A stretch of 64,000 nt of DNA, taken from an uncultured Gammaproteobacteria bacterium (GTDB lineage Bacteria > Patescibacteriota > Microgenomatia > Levybacterales > UBA12049). Positions 20,107 to 30,367 of this stretch are shown in pieces (position 1 is the first letter of the stretch; the number at the start of each line of letters is the position of its first letter). The stretch covers positions 10,921 through 74,920 of the forward strand of contig CAZZCX010000002.1 in NCBI GenBank assembly GCA_964653195.1, given 5' to 3'. Position numbers and translations under genes: made by a program. Under the pieces are notes generated by a model. That model saw only the letters and a program-made list of their open reading frames with translations. It searched no databases and was not told where the DNA came from.

Positions 20107-21872
20107 TAATTTAATTTCGAACCTTTCTTAACTAAGGATACGTAACGTATTATACCAATAATTAATAAAGCTAAGCTTAGTAAAGTTAAACTATTTCCTA
20201 TAATTTGCACTGTAGTTGGCTCAAAATTCATAACAACAACGTTTTTCCCTGGATTAATATTTAATTCAATTCCTTTGTTTGTCGAAAGATAGTTTGTTTG
20301 CTTTCCATTAATTGATAACCTCCAAGAAGGAAAAGGGGCTGTACGGATTAAAATATCAGTTTCAGTTTTCGAATCTGTCCTAAAGATAAATTGTTTGGTT
20401 GTTTGTTTATCTACTACTAATTCTTCAAAATCACCATTTAATACAACTATTTTATTCTTAACTATATCTGATTGATTTATTGGTTTTATAAAATATTTAG
20501 GCATATACTCGTCTGAAATTTTAGATACAGTCCATTTAACGTTTTGTTCATTTATAAAATCATTTGCACTATAACCATAAATAGTTCTTGGTATAAATAG
20601 TCCGTCATAAAATAAAACAACACCAAAAATAATAATACCGATAGTGACAAAAGATATACTTCGTGGAATTTTATTCTGAAAAACAACTATTGCTCCCCAA
20701 ACACCTGCTCCACCTAGAAGAGATGAAAAGAAGGCTACAAAAGAAAGAAATCTCCATGGAAATTGTATGTATTTCATAACTGGTACAAAATCCCATATAG
20801 CTTTAGATAGATTGGTAGTAAATAATACACTCAAAAGAAAAAAAATAATTAAAAGCATTATAGCTCTACTCTGCTTGAAGTACGTATGCCACAAGAAAGG
20901 CAATAATATGATAGCTATAAATGAAAGCAATAAATGAACTTTCCCTATACGAAATGACATACCATCTATATCGCCTTCAATTGAACCACCAAAGCCCCAC
21001 TGACTTTCCCAAAGCTGATTTGGAGCAATAAAATGCAAGTTATATTCAAAGTTACCATCAAGCTGAGACGATATATTAGTATAATTTAACTCAAGTATCG
21101 CAGGTAACCAATAGAAAGAAGCTAATAATATTCCTAATAAGACAGGAAAAATTAAATACCTAATTTCGAGCATTTTGCTTTTTGTTTTGAAAATTCCGCA
21201 AACGATAATTAAGAAAGATCCAAGATACAATAATAAAATAAATGCAGAAAGATTGTGAGATATAATTATTAGAGAAAAAGTTAAAGCAGAAAGCATAGAC
21301 CAAATAATATAATTTCTTGTAAATATTTGTTTATTTGTATTACTACTATGTGTAAGTATTTGATTAAAAATCTTATAAAGAGAGAGTAAAAATAGAGGGA
21401 AAAAACCATATGCCCAAAATTCTGAAACTGCCCCTCTTACGTATAGATTAACTGCATGATAAGGAGCGTAAATATAAAGTAAAGATGAAATAATAGCAGC
21501 TTTTATACCGAAAAATTCCTTAGCTAAGAAATACATCGACACACCTGCAAAAATAAATCCTACCCCCATCATGAGTTTGGTCGAAAATAACACATCAAAA
21601 CCAATAAGCGTAAACAAAGCACCAAAATAATAAGCAAATGGAGCATAAAAATTAAAGATAGGATAACCATAACCATAACCTAAATCAGACACCCAACGTA
21701 CCGGAAATAATCCGTCACTTAATGCTTTTGCCATTTGCCAAACTCTCACTACCTGCGTATCATCGTGCATCGGAAAAAAACCAGGAATAAATAAAGCACG
21801 AATAGAAAAGTAAGAAAATATAAGCACTACAATTAACCCTATTAAGGAAAGTTTGATCTGATTTGATTTCAT
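20106..21872 (-). CDS. YfhO-like GT-C membrane glycosyltransferase, paralog A
   Basis: N-terminal loop FFPMHDDTQ...LGYGYGYPIFNFYAPFAYYF matches, from memory, the H-D-G ... G-x-G-G-D-L-F ... YYY pattern at the N-terminus of YfhO-family proteins. The rest is multi-TM with a C-terminal soluble beta-rich domain. Confidence 0.5.
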   Translation of the reverse strand: MKSNQIKLSLIGLIVVLIFSYFSIRALFIPGFFPMHDDTQVVRVWQMAKALSDGLFPVRWVSDLGYGYGYPIFNFYAPFAYYFGALFTLIGFDVLFSTKLMMGVGFIFAGVSMYFLAKEFFGIKAAIISSLLYIYAPYHAVNLYVRGAVSEFWAYGFFPLFLLSLYKIFNQILTHSSNTNKQIFTRNYIIWSMLSALTFSLIIISHNLSAFILLLYLGSFLIIVCGIFKTKSKMLEIRYLIFPVLLGILLASFYWLPAILELNYTNISSQLDGNFEYNLHFIAPNQLWESQWGFGGSIEGDIDGMSFRIGKVHLLLSFIAIILLPFLWHTYFKQSRAIMLLIIFFLLSVLFTTNLSKAIWDFVPVMKYIQFPWRFLSFVAFFSSLLGGAGVWGAIVVFQNKIPRSISFVTIGIIIFGVVLFYDGLFIPRTIYGYSANDFINEQNVKWTVSKISDEYMPKYFIKPINQSDIVKNKIVVLNGDFEELVVDKQTTKQFIFRTDSKTETDILIRTAPFPSWRLSINGKQTNYLSTNKGIELNINPGKNVVVMNFEPTTVQIIGNSLTLLSLALLIIGIIRYVSLVKKGSKLN

Positions 21873-21876
21873 AAAT

Positions 21877-23547
21877 TTAATTTCTAATATGAGTCTCTCT
21901 ACTTTTTCGTAAAGAATTTAAAAAATAAGATAAAAAAATAAATAAAGATAAAATTGATATCACATTTGCTATCATTCTTAATCTTGTTTCACCAAAAGTG
22001 AACGTTACCATATGTAATCCAGGAGGTATCGATATCTCCATCAAACCTTTATTGTTCTTATAGTCAATTAAATTTACTTTATTATCTACATTTGCAGTCC
22101 ATCCTGGATAATAAATTGTATTTACCCTAATTTTTGCTTGTTTTTTAATTTGAGCTGAAAAGCCAATTTGCTTTGAGCTTACGAAAAGTCCTGATATTTC
22201 ACCTTCTCCACTTAGTATCTCAATTTTCTCAGAATGTCTGATAACTGGTTTTTCTTTCACCCATAATGGCATAAATTCATTTGAGGAAGTTGTAGTCGCA
22301 TCATTGGTGAGATAAAAATCATCACCACGATTTACATATTCTGACGGGTGAGCAAAAGGCAACAAACTAATGACTGAAAAAACTAAAAGTATTAAACCCA
22401 ACATTCTGGTTTTTGGAATATTAATTATATATCCTATACATAGACTCATTAGAAAACCAATTACTGCTAGCATAGTCCATGGGTAATTAATATCTTTGAA
22501 CAATGGTAATATCTCCCAAATCAAGTGAGACTGCCTAAATAGCATCATAATATAGAAAAGTAAACAGAAAATTATACTTACTGCTATAAATGTCGACTGC
22601 TCTCTTTTTCTGATTTTATATAAAATTATTCCTAAAACGAAAATCAAACCAATAGTATGAGCAAGCCCGATTTGATATGTAAAAGCATCCGAATCCGTGG
22701 GTATACCATAACCCCATGAATATTTGAATAAATCAATAATATTTACAAAATACAATGATCGATCAGCTATTGGATTTATAGAGAGCGAAACAAATTGTTT
22801 TTCGATTAGAGCAGGAATCCAGAAAAATGCAGCCATCAAAACACCAGTAATACTTCCTGTTAAGCCAAAAAATAAAGATTTGTACTTTCTAGATAAAAAA
22901 GTTAAAAGCAAACAGAAAAAAATTATTGGTGCGAAAAATACAGCCATAATATTATGCGTCATAATTAAAAAAGCAATAAAAAAAGCAAGTGATAATACTG
23001 AGATTTTTATATTTTTCAAATTATAGATATTGTAAAAACTTAAAATAATAAGAGGAAAATAAACAAAAGAAAGTGATTCGCCTAAGGAACCTCTGACATA
23101 CAGATCTACAAGTCGATATGGCAGAAACATATATAGAATAGCGCTATTAAATCCTGAATACCTACTATTCCAGATGTATTTACTCAAGTAATACATTCCG
23201 ATTCCCGATAATGGAACACTCGCTGCAAATAATATCTTTATGCTATCAACAAAACCAAACCCAACCGCTTTTAAAATAAATCCTAGATAATATGGAAATG
23301 GATATGCAAAATTAAATAGCGGATATCCGTAGCCAAAATTTAAATTACCGCTATATCGGGGTGGAAGCTGAAATTCTTTTAACTCCCTATACATATCCGC
23401 AAGACGTACCACTGCCCATTCACCATCATGAGTAGGGAAAAAACCCTGATGAGAAAAGGGTAAAATTAATAAAATTGATAATAAAATAATTAGAAAGAGA
23501 TATACCGCATCGTGCTTATTGTTAAGTAAAATAATTTTTATATTCAT
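21877..23547 (-). CDS. YfhO-like GT-C membrane glycosyltransferase, paralog B
   Basis: FFPTHDGEW...NFGYGYPLFNFAYPFPYYLGF. It shares the N-terminal motif and general architecture with the adjacent paralog. Confidence 0.5.
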   Translation of the reverse strand: MNIKIILLNNKHDAVYLFLIILLSILLILPFSHQGFFPTHDGEWAVVRLADMYRELKEFQLPPRYSGNLNFGYGYPLFNFAYPFPYYLGFILKAVGFGFVDSIKILFAASVPLSGIGMYYLSKYIWNSRYSGFNSAILYMFLPYRLVDLYVRGSLGESLSFVYFPLIILSFYNIYNLKNIKISVLSLAFFIAFLIMTHNIMAVFFAPIIFFCLLLTFLSRKYKSLFFGLTGSITGVLMAAFFWIPALIEKQFVSLSINPIADRSLYFVNIIDLFKYSWGYGIPTDSDAFTYQIGLAHTIGLIFVLGIILYKIRKREQSTFIAVSIIFCLLFYIMMLFRQSHLIWEILPLFKDINYPWTMLAVIGFLMSLCIGYIINIPKTRMLGLILLVFSVISLLPFAHPSEYVNRGDDFYLTNDATTTSSNEFMPLWVKEKPVIRHSEKIEILSGEGEISGLFVSSKQIGFSAQIKKQAKIRVNTIYYPGWTANVDNKVNLIDYKNNKGLMEISIPPGLHMVTFTFGETRLRMIANVISILSLFIFLSYFLNSLRKSRETHIRN

Positions 23548-23627
23548 AAATTATATATTTATCTAAATTCTGTGGAAACAAAGTAAATTTTCTTAAATAT
23601 AAAAATAATAAAAACGAAAATCATTCG

Positions 23628-25145
23628 TCATTCATTCTCAATCTTATAAAGAGTCAACCATGCATCAGGTGCGAGTTTTTTAATACGTAATACTTCTCTA
23701 AGCTGCCAAGAATCAGGAGCAATACCTTTACCAGGACACTGGGAGCATTCTTGATAAAAAACTATATATGTAGAAAAACTTTTGGACGAAACTATTAATT
23801 CTTCAGGAATATCACTATTTATTGGCCAAATACCCTTAATATCAAATTGGGGATCATCATGAAGATAAATAGTATAAGCATCAGGCATAAGACCAAATGT
23901 ACCCTGGGTATAAAGCATAACTTTATTTTTTTCCGTCTGCTTCAGATAATTAATCGTCTCCTGTATCCCATATCCAGAAGGCCAGTCCGTATAATATTGA
24001 CTGACATCTGATTGCGGAATGGGTGCTTTATGAAAATTATTCAAAATGAAATAATCTTTATATAAAGCTACAAGTATAATTGCAGACATAAAAGCTATTT
24101 TTAATATAAGTGAGTCCATTTTTTTCATGATGTAATATGTGGCATATGACACTAATGGAATTAATGAAAGTGTCATAAATAGGATATATCTGGGATAAAG
24201 TGTTTTACCAAATAATGCCAATGCTATAAACGGAACAAAAAACCATGCTATAAGTAATAATTTTTCTTTGAAATATTTTTTCTCTGCGATAAAAGAGACT
24301 AACACAAGTACCGTAAATGGTATAGTAAAATACTTCAGAAACCAATCTCTTTGACCTACCCATAGATTATCCCAAAAATATGTAATTGGGTGCTTAATCC
24401 ACTCCTGGAATGGATAAATAAAAGTAGCATCTTTCTGGGAAATTATATAAAAGAATGGAGATAATCTGAGAATTGAATAAATTCCAAAAACAATCGCTGC
24501 AGAAAAAGCGCTAAGTATAATAAATCGCAATATAGGCCTTATATCTAGCTTTTTTTTATAATCAAATAAAATTAAAGAAAAAGGCAAAAGATAGACAACG
24601 AAAAAACCACTTGTCTTATTTAAAACTCCCAAACCGCCAATTACTCCAAGAAAAATTGCGTAGTTCAGATTTGCAGTTCTTGCAAGCTTAATAGTCAGAA
24701 ACAATCCCCAAATAGCAAAAGTCCCTACTAAGCTGTCATAAAGCGCCATACGATCATAGACCAAGGCAAATGGATAAATAACATAGAGAAAAGATGAAAT
24801 CAAACCTATATATCTATTTTTAAATGCTTCTCTCCCTAAAAAAAACAGTCCAGTTAAGGTAAAAAAACCAGCAATAACAGATACAATTCTTCCCGCAAGC
24901 AAAGGATTTGAAATAAATCTCATCATTAGTACTATTATCCAAATAAATAATGGCTGCTTACCGTCAGTAAGCGATATAAAGCGCCAATTAGCATCATTAA
25001 ATGCAATTTGCGCCCATCGAATATAAATAGCCTCATCAGTAAAAATCGGTAAATCAAAAATTTTAGCTAAACGAGGAGTAAAATATAATAGTGTAATTAT
25101 TGACGCGATAATAACTTCAAAGGAATACTTTTTGAGATAACCCAT
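23628..25145 (-). CDS. ArnT-like (GT83/GT39) membrane glycosyltransferase
   Basis: N-terminal PIFTDEAIYIRWAQIAFND resembles the ArnT PDETRYAEISREM loop-1 motif. It is multi-TM. The 49-nt overlap with the upstream gene suggests the true start may lie further in. Confidence 0.6.
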   Translation of the reverse strand: MGYLKKYSFEVIIASIITLLYFTPRLAKIFDLPIFTDEAIYIRWAQIAFNDANWRFISLTDGKQPLFIWIIVLMMRFISNPLLAGRIVSVIAGFFTLTGLFFLGREAFKNRYIGLISSFLYVIYPFALVYDRMALYDSLVGTFAIWGLFLTIKLARTANLNYAIFLGVIGGLGVLNKTSGFFVVYLLPFSLILFDYKKKLDIRPILRFIILSAFSAAIVFGIYSILRLSPFFYIISQKDATFIYPFQEWIKHPITYFWDNLWVGQRDWFLKYFTIPFTVLVLVSFIAEKKYFKEKLLLIAWFFVPFIALALFGKTLYPRYILFMTLSLIPLVSYATYYIMKKMDSLILKIAFMSAIILVALYKDYFILNNFHKAPIPQSDVSQYYTDWPSGYGIQETINYLKQTEKNKVMLYTQGTFGLMPDAYTIYLHDDPQFDIKGIWPINSDIPEELIVSSKSFSTYIVFYQECSQCPGKGIAPDSWQLREVLRIKKLAPDAWLTLYKIENE

Positions 25146-26266
25146 ACAGTTAAATTATACAGAAACGGCAAAAGTAGAAGCAAATAGCGAGGGAAAACCG
25201 GACTTATAGCCAAAAACGCTCCATAAATTGCAGACCATGAAATTACAAGCAAAATAGGAAACTGTATATTCTTTCTTTGAAAAAAACTGAAGACTGAAAC
25301 GATGCTAGATAGAGGCCAAAGCATACTCCACTCTTTCACTTTTTGAATTGTAGAAAAATGCGTATACCATTTGCCCTGTAAGATAAGCGGGAAAATAGTG
25401 CCTATAAAAGGGGACCTGGCACCGTCTCTATAAAACGAAAGAATATACTTCTGCACCTTAATAAAATCAATAAAATTATGACCAATCAGAAAATACCTCA
25501 GATAAGTGAGAACAAAAACAAAAAAACTAATAGGCAATGAAAGAAAATATTTATATATTTCTTTCTTATCTTTATAATGTATTGTAATTGCTATAAGAAT
25601 TGCCAGTACAGGTAAAACAGCTAAAAAAGCCAGCTTGGAAGCAGCGAAAAATCCAAGCATTATAGAAGAGATAAAATATTTCTTTTTTATGATAAAGATA
25701 AAAACCAGTAAAAGAAATAGCAGTTGAGTCAAATCGAAGAAAGGAGCACGGAGTTGGGTATAAAAAAGAGGGTCAAAGGAAAATAACATTGCAGGTAAGA
25801 ATGCCCAAAACTTACTTTTAAATATTTGATAATTAAATATATAGTAAACGCCAAGACTACTTAAGCCAATAATTAAAGCAAAGATATTTTCATTTTTAAA
25901 AAGTAGAATTGTTAGACCTAAGATATACTTGCTCAAATATTGTGTTTCAGGGTTAATCAATGTCGGGTCAGCTCCCTTAATTAACTCCCATGACGAGTAT
26001 ATATATAATCCATCATCACCTATCGAATTAGTTGAATTTGGAACTACCCACTGTGATTTGAGATATCTCTCTTTCCAGTAATTAGAATTAAATTTCGTCG
26101 TGTATCGACCCCGATAAGCGTAGATACGAAACAATAAATGACATGCAAATAGAATTATAAAAAATATCAATAATATTTTTTTAAACTTATGAATATTCAA
26201 ATTAGTATTTTTAATCAACATTATTTTTAAAACGTGTTTTGCCAAAATAAATAATTGACCAAACAA
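25097..26266 (-). CDS. Polytopic membrane protein, probable GT-C-like
   Basis: 389 aa with multiple hydrophobic helices and an extracytoplasmic loop (SIGDDGLYIYSSWELIKGADP). It sits in the same operon. Confidence 0.4.
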   Translation of the reverse strand: MFGQLFILAKHVLKIMLIKNTNLNIHKFKKILLIFFIILFACHLLFRIYAYRGRYTTKFNSNYWKERYLKSQWVVPNSTNSIGDDGLYIYSSWELIKGADPTLINPETQYLSKYILGLTILLFKNENIFALIIGLSSLGVYYIFNYQIFKSKFWAFLPAMLFSFDPLFYTQLRAPFFDLTQLLFLLLVFIFIIKKKYFISSIMLGFFAASKLAFLAVLPVLAILIAITIHYKDKKEIYKYFLSLPISFFVFVLTYLRYFLIGHNFIDFIKVQKYILSFYRDGARSPFIGTIFPLILQGKWYTHFSTIQKVKEWSMLWPLSSIVSVFSFFQRKNIQFPILLVISWSAIYGAFLAISPVFPRYLLLLLPFLYNLTVWVISKSIPLKLLSRQ

Positions 26267-27392
26267 TAATTATTACAATTGCTGTAATTAAATATAATGT
26301 GCTTAGTAGCTGAGGTACAGGTTCATCCCAGTGGCCTAAATATAAATAAGGAATGTATGACATTAAAGCTGAGAATGAAAATATAAGTGATGCTGAAAAG
26401 ATATATGTATTTCTTACAAGAAGCGCTGAGAAAGGTAAAAGGACCATTAAATACCAAGGCTGGAAATTACCTGATTTTTGAGTAGCAGCAAATACAGAGA
26501 ATATTAGGCACACTAAAGAAACTATTGAAACTTGAGGCCATGTTATTTTCTCTTTCATGTATTGTAAAACGATAACTGCCAAAAACACTGGGAGCAGAAA
26601 AACTGTCGCAAACTTTGTTGCGATTGAAAAAATCAAAAACATAGATGTAAGTAAATACCGTTTCTGGACAAGATAAAATAAACTAATTAACGCCATAAAA
26701 ACCATAAAAATATCTAAATGTCCGGAAACGAGACTTTCAATCAATATGAGTGGGTTGAGTGCAAAAAAAGCAGTAGCTAAAGTTGAGGTTTTCGAATCAA
26801 TTTTATGAACAATTTTGTTAATAAAATAAACTGAACCCAAATAAGAAATGCCGACTAAAATTTTGAACAGTAAAAAAGTGACTATGAAAATTTGATTTCC
26901 AATATATGAAATCGGAATCGTTACAGCCAACCATAGCGGGCCGTATGGATATGTTCTATGTGTCCAATGCATAAATGAAAGCATCGGGTCTTTGGGAAAA
27001 TCTAAAGCTTTATAAAGATAGGGATTTTTACCATATAGCGTAAATATCTTCGCATCAAATATGTAGTTGAAAAAATCGTGAGAAAAAGCATTATACGAAA
27101 AAACGAGTAAGCAAGCTGTTAGGATTACCAATATCCACATATCTTTAACCGACATGGAACCTTTTTTTATTAAATATAAAAATAATAAATATGAACTAAA
27201 TAAAATACAAAGTATCAATAGATATAAAAATGTAGATAGAGGTCTGTTAAAATAACCTATACTCTGAAATAAGCTCTGTATCTTAAATAATTGCGGGAAA
27301 CGAGTTAAAGCCAATCCTAAATCAATCTGCGTGAAAGAAAATAGAAATAAACCTACTACGCCTATTGTATGCAAAAATACTATTCTTTTCAT
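26211..27392 (-). CDS. DUF2029/GT87-like (PimE-like) membrane mannosyltransferase-type protein
   Basis: The loop DFFNYIFDAKIFTLYGKNPYLYKALDFPKDPMLSFMHWTHRTYPYGPLWL resembles the D-F..Y...NPY...Y-x-Y-P-P region of DUF2029 GT-C enzymes. It is multi-TM. Confidence 0.45.
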   Translation of the reverse strand: MKRIVFLHTIGVVGLFLFSFTQIDLGLALTRFPQLFKIQSLFQSIGYFNRPLSTFLYLLILCILFSSYLLFLYLIKKGSMSVKDMWILVILTACLLVFSYNAFSHDFFNYIFDAKIFTLYGKNPYLYKALDFPKDPMLSFMHWTHRTYPYGPLWLAVTIPISYIGNQIFIVTFLLFKILVGISYLGSVYFINKIVHKIDSKTSTLATAFFALNPLILIESLVSGHLDIFMVFMALISLFYLVQKRYLLTSMFLIFSIATKFATVFLLPVFLAVIVLQYMKEKITWPQVSIVSLVCLIFSVFAATQKSGNFQPWYLMVLLPFSALLVRNTYIFSASLIFSFSALMSYIPYLYLGHWDEPVPQLLSTLYLITAIVIIIVWSIIYFGKTRFKNNVD

Positions 27393-27413
27393 TTTTTACT
27401 TTTTACAAATAAA

Positions 27414-28214
27414 TTATAAGTATTTTCCTTTTTTATTATTATTTCTTATACTTAATAACTCTAAAACTCCTTCTACTGAATCACGAATTGGACTTACTCT
27501 TCGACTTTCTACATATAACCAGCTTACTGGAACCTCTTTGATACGAAAACCTAAATTCTTTGCATAAAGTAATAATTCTACATCGAATCCAGCTTTTACC
27601 GCAGATCCCACTATTGTTTTATAACCATCATGGGCTGTATTTATTTTATTGAATACTTGTAATGCAGCACTTCTTGAAAACATCTTAAAACCACATTGGG
27701 TATCAGTTATATCATTAAGCCCAACTAAAACTTTGCGAAGAATGATATTCGCTCGGGATATGATAAGTCTTGAGAGAGGAGATCCTTTCCTTTGTGTGTT
27801 TCTTGAACCTATTACCACTCCATAACCTTTCTGAAAATAGGGCAGTAATTTGCTTATTTCCTCAATTGGTGTCGCTTGATCCATATCAGTAAAAAGAACA
27901 TACTTACCTTTCGTTGCTAAAACACCCTTAGTTACTGCGCCTGCTTTACCCATGTGTTCACTTTTAATTATAATAAAATGCTTATTTTCACTAGCAAATT
28001 TCTCAACAAAGCCAATACTACCATCCTTCGAACCATCATCTACCACTATAACCTCATAGGAATACTCCATCTTATCGAGATAGTGTTTTAGCTTATTGAG
28101 TACACCTTTACGAAGATTTGCCATCTCATCAAATGATGGGATTACCACACTGAGGTAAATATTATTCACTTTACAATTATACAACAATGTTTTATCTCTT
28201 ATCACCTTCACCAC
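27414..28214 (-). CDS. GT2 family glycosyltransferase, Dpm1/Alg5/GtrB-like
   Basis: LSVVIPSFDEMANL...VIVVDDGSKDGS...LFTDMDQATP. Confidence 0.75.
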   Translation of the reverse strand: MVKVIRDKTLLYNCKVNNIYLSVVIPSFDEMANLRKGVLNKLKHYLDKMEYSYEVIVVDDGSKDGSIGFVEKFASENKHFIIIKSEHMGKAGAVTKGVLATKGKYVLFTDMDQATPIEEISKLLPYFQKGYGVVIGSRNTQRKGSPLSRLIISRANIILRKVLVGLNDITDTQCGFKMFSRSAALQVFNKINTAHDGYKTIVGSAVKAGFDVELLLYAKNLGFRIKEVPVSWLYVESRRVSPIRDSVEGVLELLSIRNNNKKGKYL

Positions 28215-28530
28215 TGATCTTTCCGCGTTTCAAACGAGAAAATAATTTATCTAAATTGGCCTCTGCGACTTCTTCAACAGTCATTCCAAGCTCTGTACAA
28301 ATTTGTGTGAAATACCACAAAACATCCCCTAATTCACTTTTTAGCATCACTTTATCATCTTCGCTGATTTTCCCATTTTTATCTCTAAATATTTTTTTTA
28401 TTTTTCCTGCGAATTCACCGGCTTCATTTACTAATCCAAGCGTAGGATAAATAAGTGGTCCTTCAACTTTTATAAGTGACCAAGTTTTCCGAGACTCTTT
28501 CTGGTAGTTTTTATATTTCTTCGTATTCAT
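28192..28530 (-). CDS. MazG-like nucleotide pyrophosphohydrolase (small YpjD-type)
   Basis: LVNEAGEFAGKIKK...ELGDVLWYFTQICTELGMTVEEVAEANLDKL is the MazG EExxE/D helix motif pattern. At 112 aa it fits a single-domain MazG. It is the first gene of the long minus-strand operon. Confidence 0.75.
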   Translation of the reverse strand: MNTKKYKNYQKESRKTWSLIKVEGPLIYPTLGLVNEAGEFAGKIKKIFRDKNGKISEDDKVMLKSELGDVLWYFTQICTELGMTVEEVAEANLDKLFSRLKRGKISGEGDKR

Positions 28531-28592
28531 AACTAAATTATATCACTATTATATTCATGAAATAATAAAAATATTAATGTACAATATAGCGA

Positions 28593-30362
28593 ATGAAAAA
28601 TTTAATAACAATAATTAGAATTTCAAAACCGCTTCATCACTTAGTAGGATTAATTGCCTTACTTATACTCATGTCCGCAAGTCTTCAATTAGTAGCTCCA
28701 ATACTTTCCAAATTTATCGTTGATGACATAGTCGCTCAAGTTTCAGGAAAAAACGGAAATTTAAACCGTTTATTGATACTAGTAATTTCGGCATTCGCAG
28801 TAAATTTCTTAGGCTTAGTATCAACAGTAATATCAGAGCGGGTTGGCGATCACTTCGCCGGAAAACTCAGAAAATTCCTTACCGAAAAATTCTATCATAA
28901 AATGCTCACTCTTCCTCAATCCTACTTTGACTCAGAAGTCTCTGGAAAGATAGTAAATCAACTTAGCCGAGGTATTCAGTCGACTCAAGGTTTTATGAAT
29001 ACTGCTACAAATTTCATACTTCCCACTTTTCTTCAAAGTTTTTTTATTATAGCTATACTTGCATACTTCAATCTTACCATCGCATTTTTTACTTTCATTC
29101 TTTTTCCAATTTACCTCACGCTCTCACATTTATCGACAATTAAATGGGGTAAGGAAGAAGTGAAAAAAAATGCAATAGAAGATATCTCAAGAGGAAGAAT
29201 ACAGGAAGTTATAACAAATATAAAACTGGTAAAAAGTTTCACTAACGAAAGAAATGAATACATTAAAGTCTCAGAAAATTTATCTGAAATAAACAAGATA
29301 TATGCCGTTCAAAGCCGCACATATCATCTTTTTGATTTTTTTCGAGGTCTATCGCTTCAAATTATCCTTTTTGCGATAAACATTCTGGTTTTTTATAATG
29401 CCTTTATCGGTGAATTAACTCTTGGCGAAATGGTTCTTATACTTCAGTTAGTTAATCAGGCTAGAATACCGCTTTTTGCTATGTCATTTATTCTCACACA
29501 GCTTCAAACAGCCGAAGCGGGATCAAGAGAATATCTCCAAATCCTCAATCTTGTATCAATTGAAGATTATTCCAAAAACCTATCAAAAAATTTAATTAAA
29601 GATCCAAGTATTATATTTAAAAATGTCAGTTTTGGTTACAAAGACACAACACAAGTATTAAAAGATATCACTTTTCAAATAAATAGAAATGAAACTATAG
29701 CTCTTGTCGGCCATAGTGGAGCCGGAAAATCAACAGTAGTAAATCTAATATTGAAATTTTACCAACCCACAAGCGGAAAAATATACTTAGAAAATAATGA
29801 CTATTCGAAAATGGATCATACTTTTATCCGCAAACATATTTCATTAGTTTTTCAGGAAAATGAGCTTTTCTCCACAAGTATAAAAGAAAACGTGGCTTAT
29901 GGGAAAACAAACGCGACAGACGAAGAAGTAAATAAAGCACTCAAGCTCGCGAATGCATACGATTTCGTGATGAAACTACCAGATAAGATCAATAGCCAAG
30001 TTGGAGAAAGAGGAGTAAGGCTTTCAGGCGGACAAAAACAAAGAATTCAAATTGCTCGTGCCATTCTTAAAAACTCACCTATTCTAATTCTTGATGAAGC
30101 AACCTCTTCACTTGATGCTAAATCTGAAAAAGAGGTTCAGGAAGCACTAGAAAACCTGATGAAGAAAAAATTAGTTATAATAATTGCCCACCGATTTTCA
30201 ACTATTCAAAATGTAGATAAGATAATAGTTATTGATGAAGGGAAAATAATAGAGAGCGGTACACCGAAAGAATTATCGAGTAAAAAAGGTATTTACTCTG
30301 AACTTCTTAATTACCAAATTGAAGGAAATAAAAAGTTGCTTGCGAAGTTTGATATTTATTAA
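28593..30362 (+). CDS. ABC exporter, fused permease-ATPase (MsbA/PglK-like)
   Basis: N-terminal 6-TM domain, Walker A GHSGAGKST, signature LSGGQKQRIQIARA, Walker B ILILDEATSSLD and H-loop IIIAHR. It is divergently transcribed from the glycosylation operon. Confidence 0.9.
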   Translation: MKNLITIIRISKPLHHLVGLIALLILMSASLQLVAPILSKFIVDDIVAQVSGKNGNLNRLLILVISAFAVNFLGLVSTVISERVGDHFAGKLRKFLTEKFYHKMLTLPQSYFDSEVSGKIVNQLSRGIQSTQGFMNTATNFILPTFLQSFFIIAILAYFNLTIAFFTFILFPIYLTLSHLSTIKWGKEEVKKNAIEDISRGRIQEVITNIKLVKSFTNERNEYIKVSENLSEINKIYAVQSRTYHLFDFFRGLSLQIILFAINILVFYNAFIGELTLGEMVLILQLVNQARIPLFAMSFILTQLQTAEAGSREYLQILNLVSIEDYSKNLSKNLIKDPSIIFKNVSFGYKDTTQVLKDITFQINRNETIALVGHSGAGKSTVVNLILKFYQPTSGKIYLENNDYSKMDHTFIRKHISLVFQENELFSTSIKENVAYGKTNATDEEVNKALKLANAYDFVMKLPDKINSQVGERGVRLSGGQKQRIQIARAILKNSPILILDEATSSLDAKSEKEVQEALENLMKKKLVIIIAHRFSTIQNVDKIIVIDEGKIIESGTPKELSSKKGIYSELLNYQIEGNKKLLAKFDIY

Positions 30363-30367
30363 ATAAA

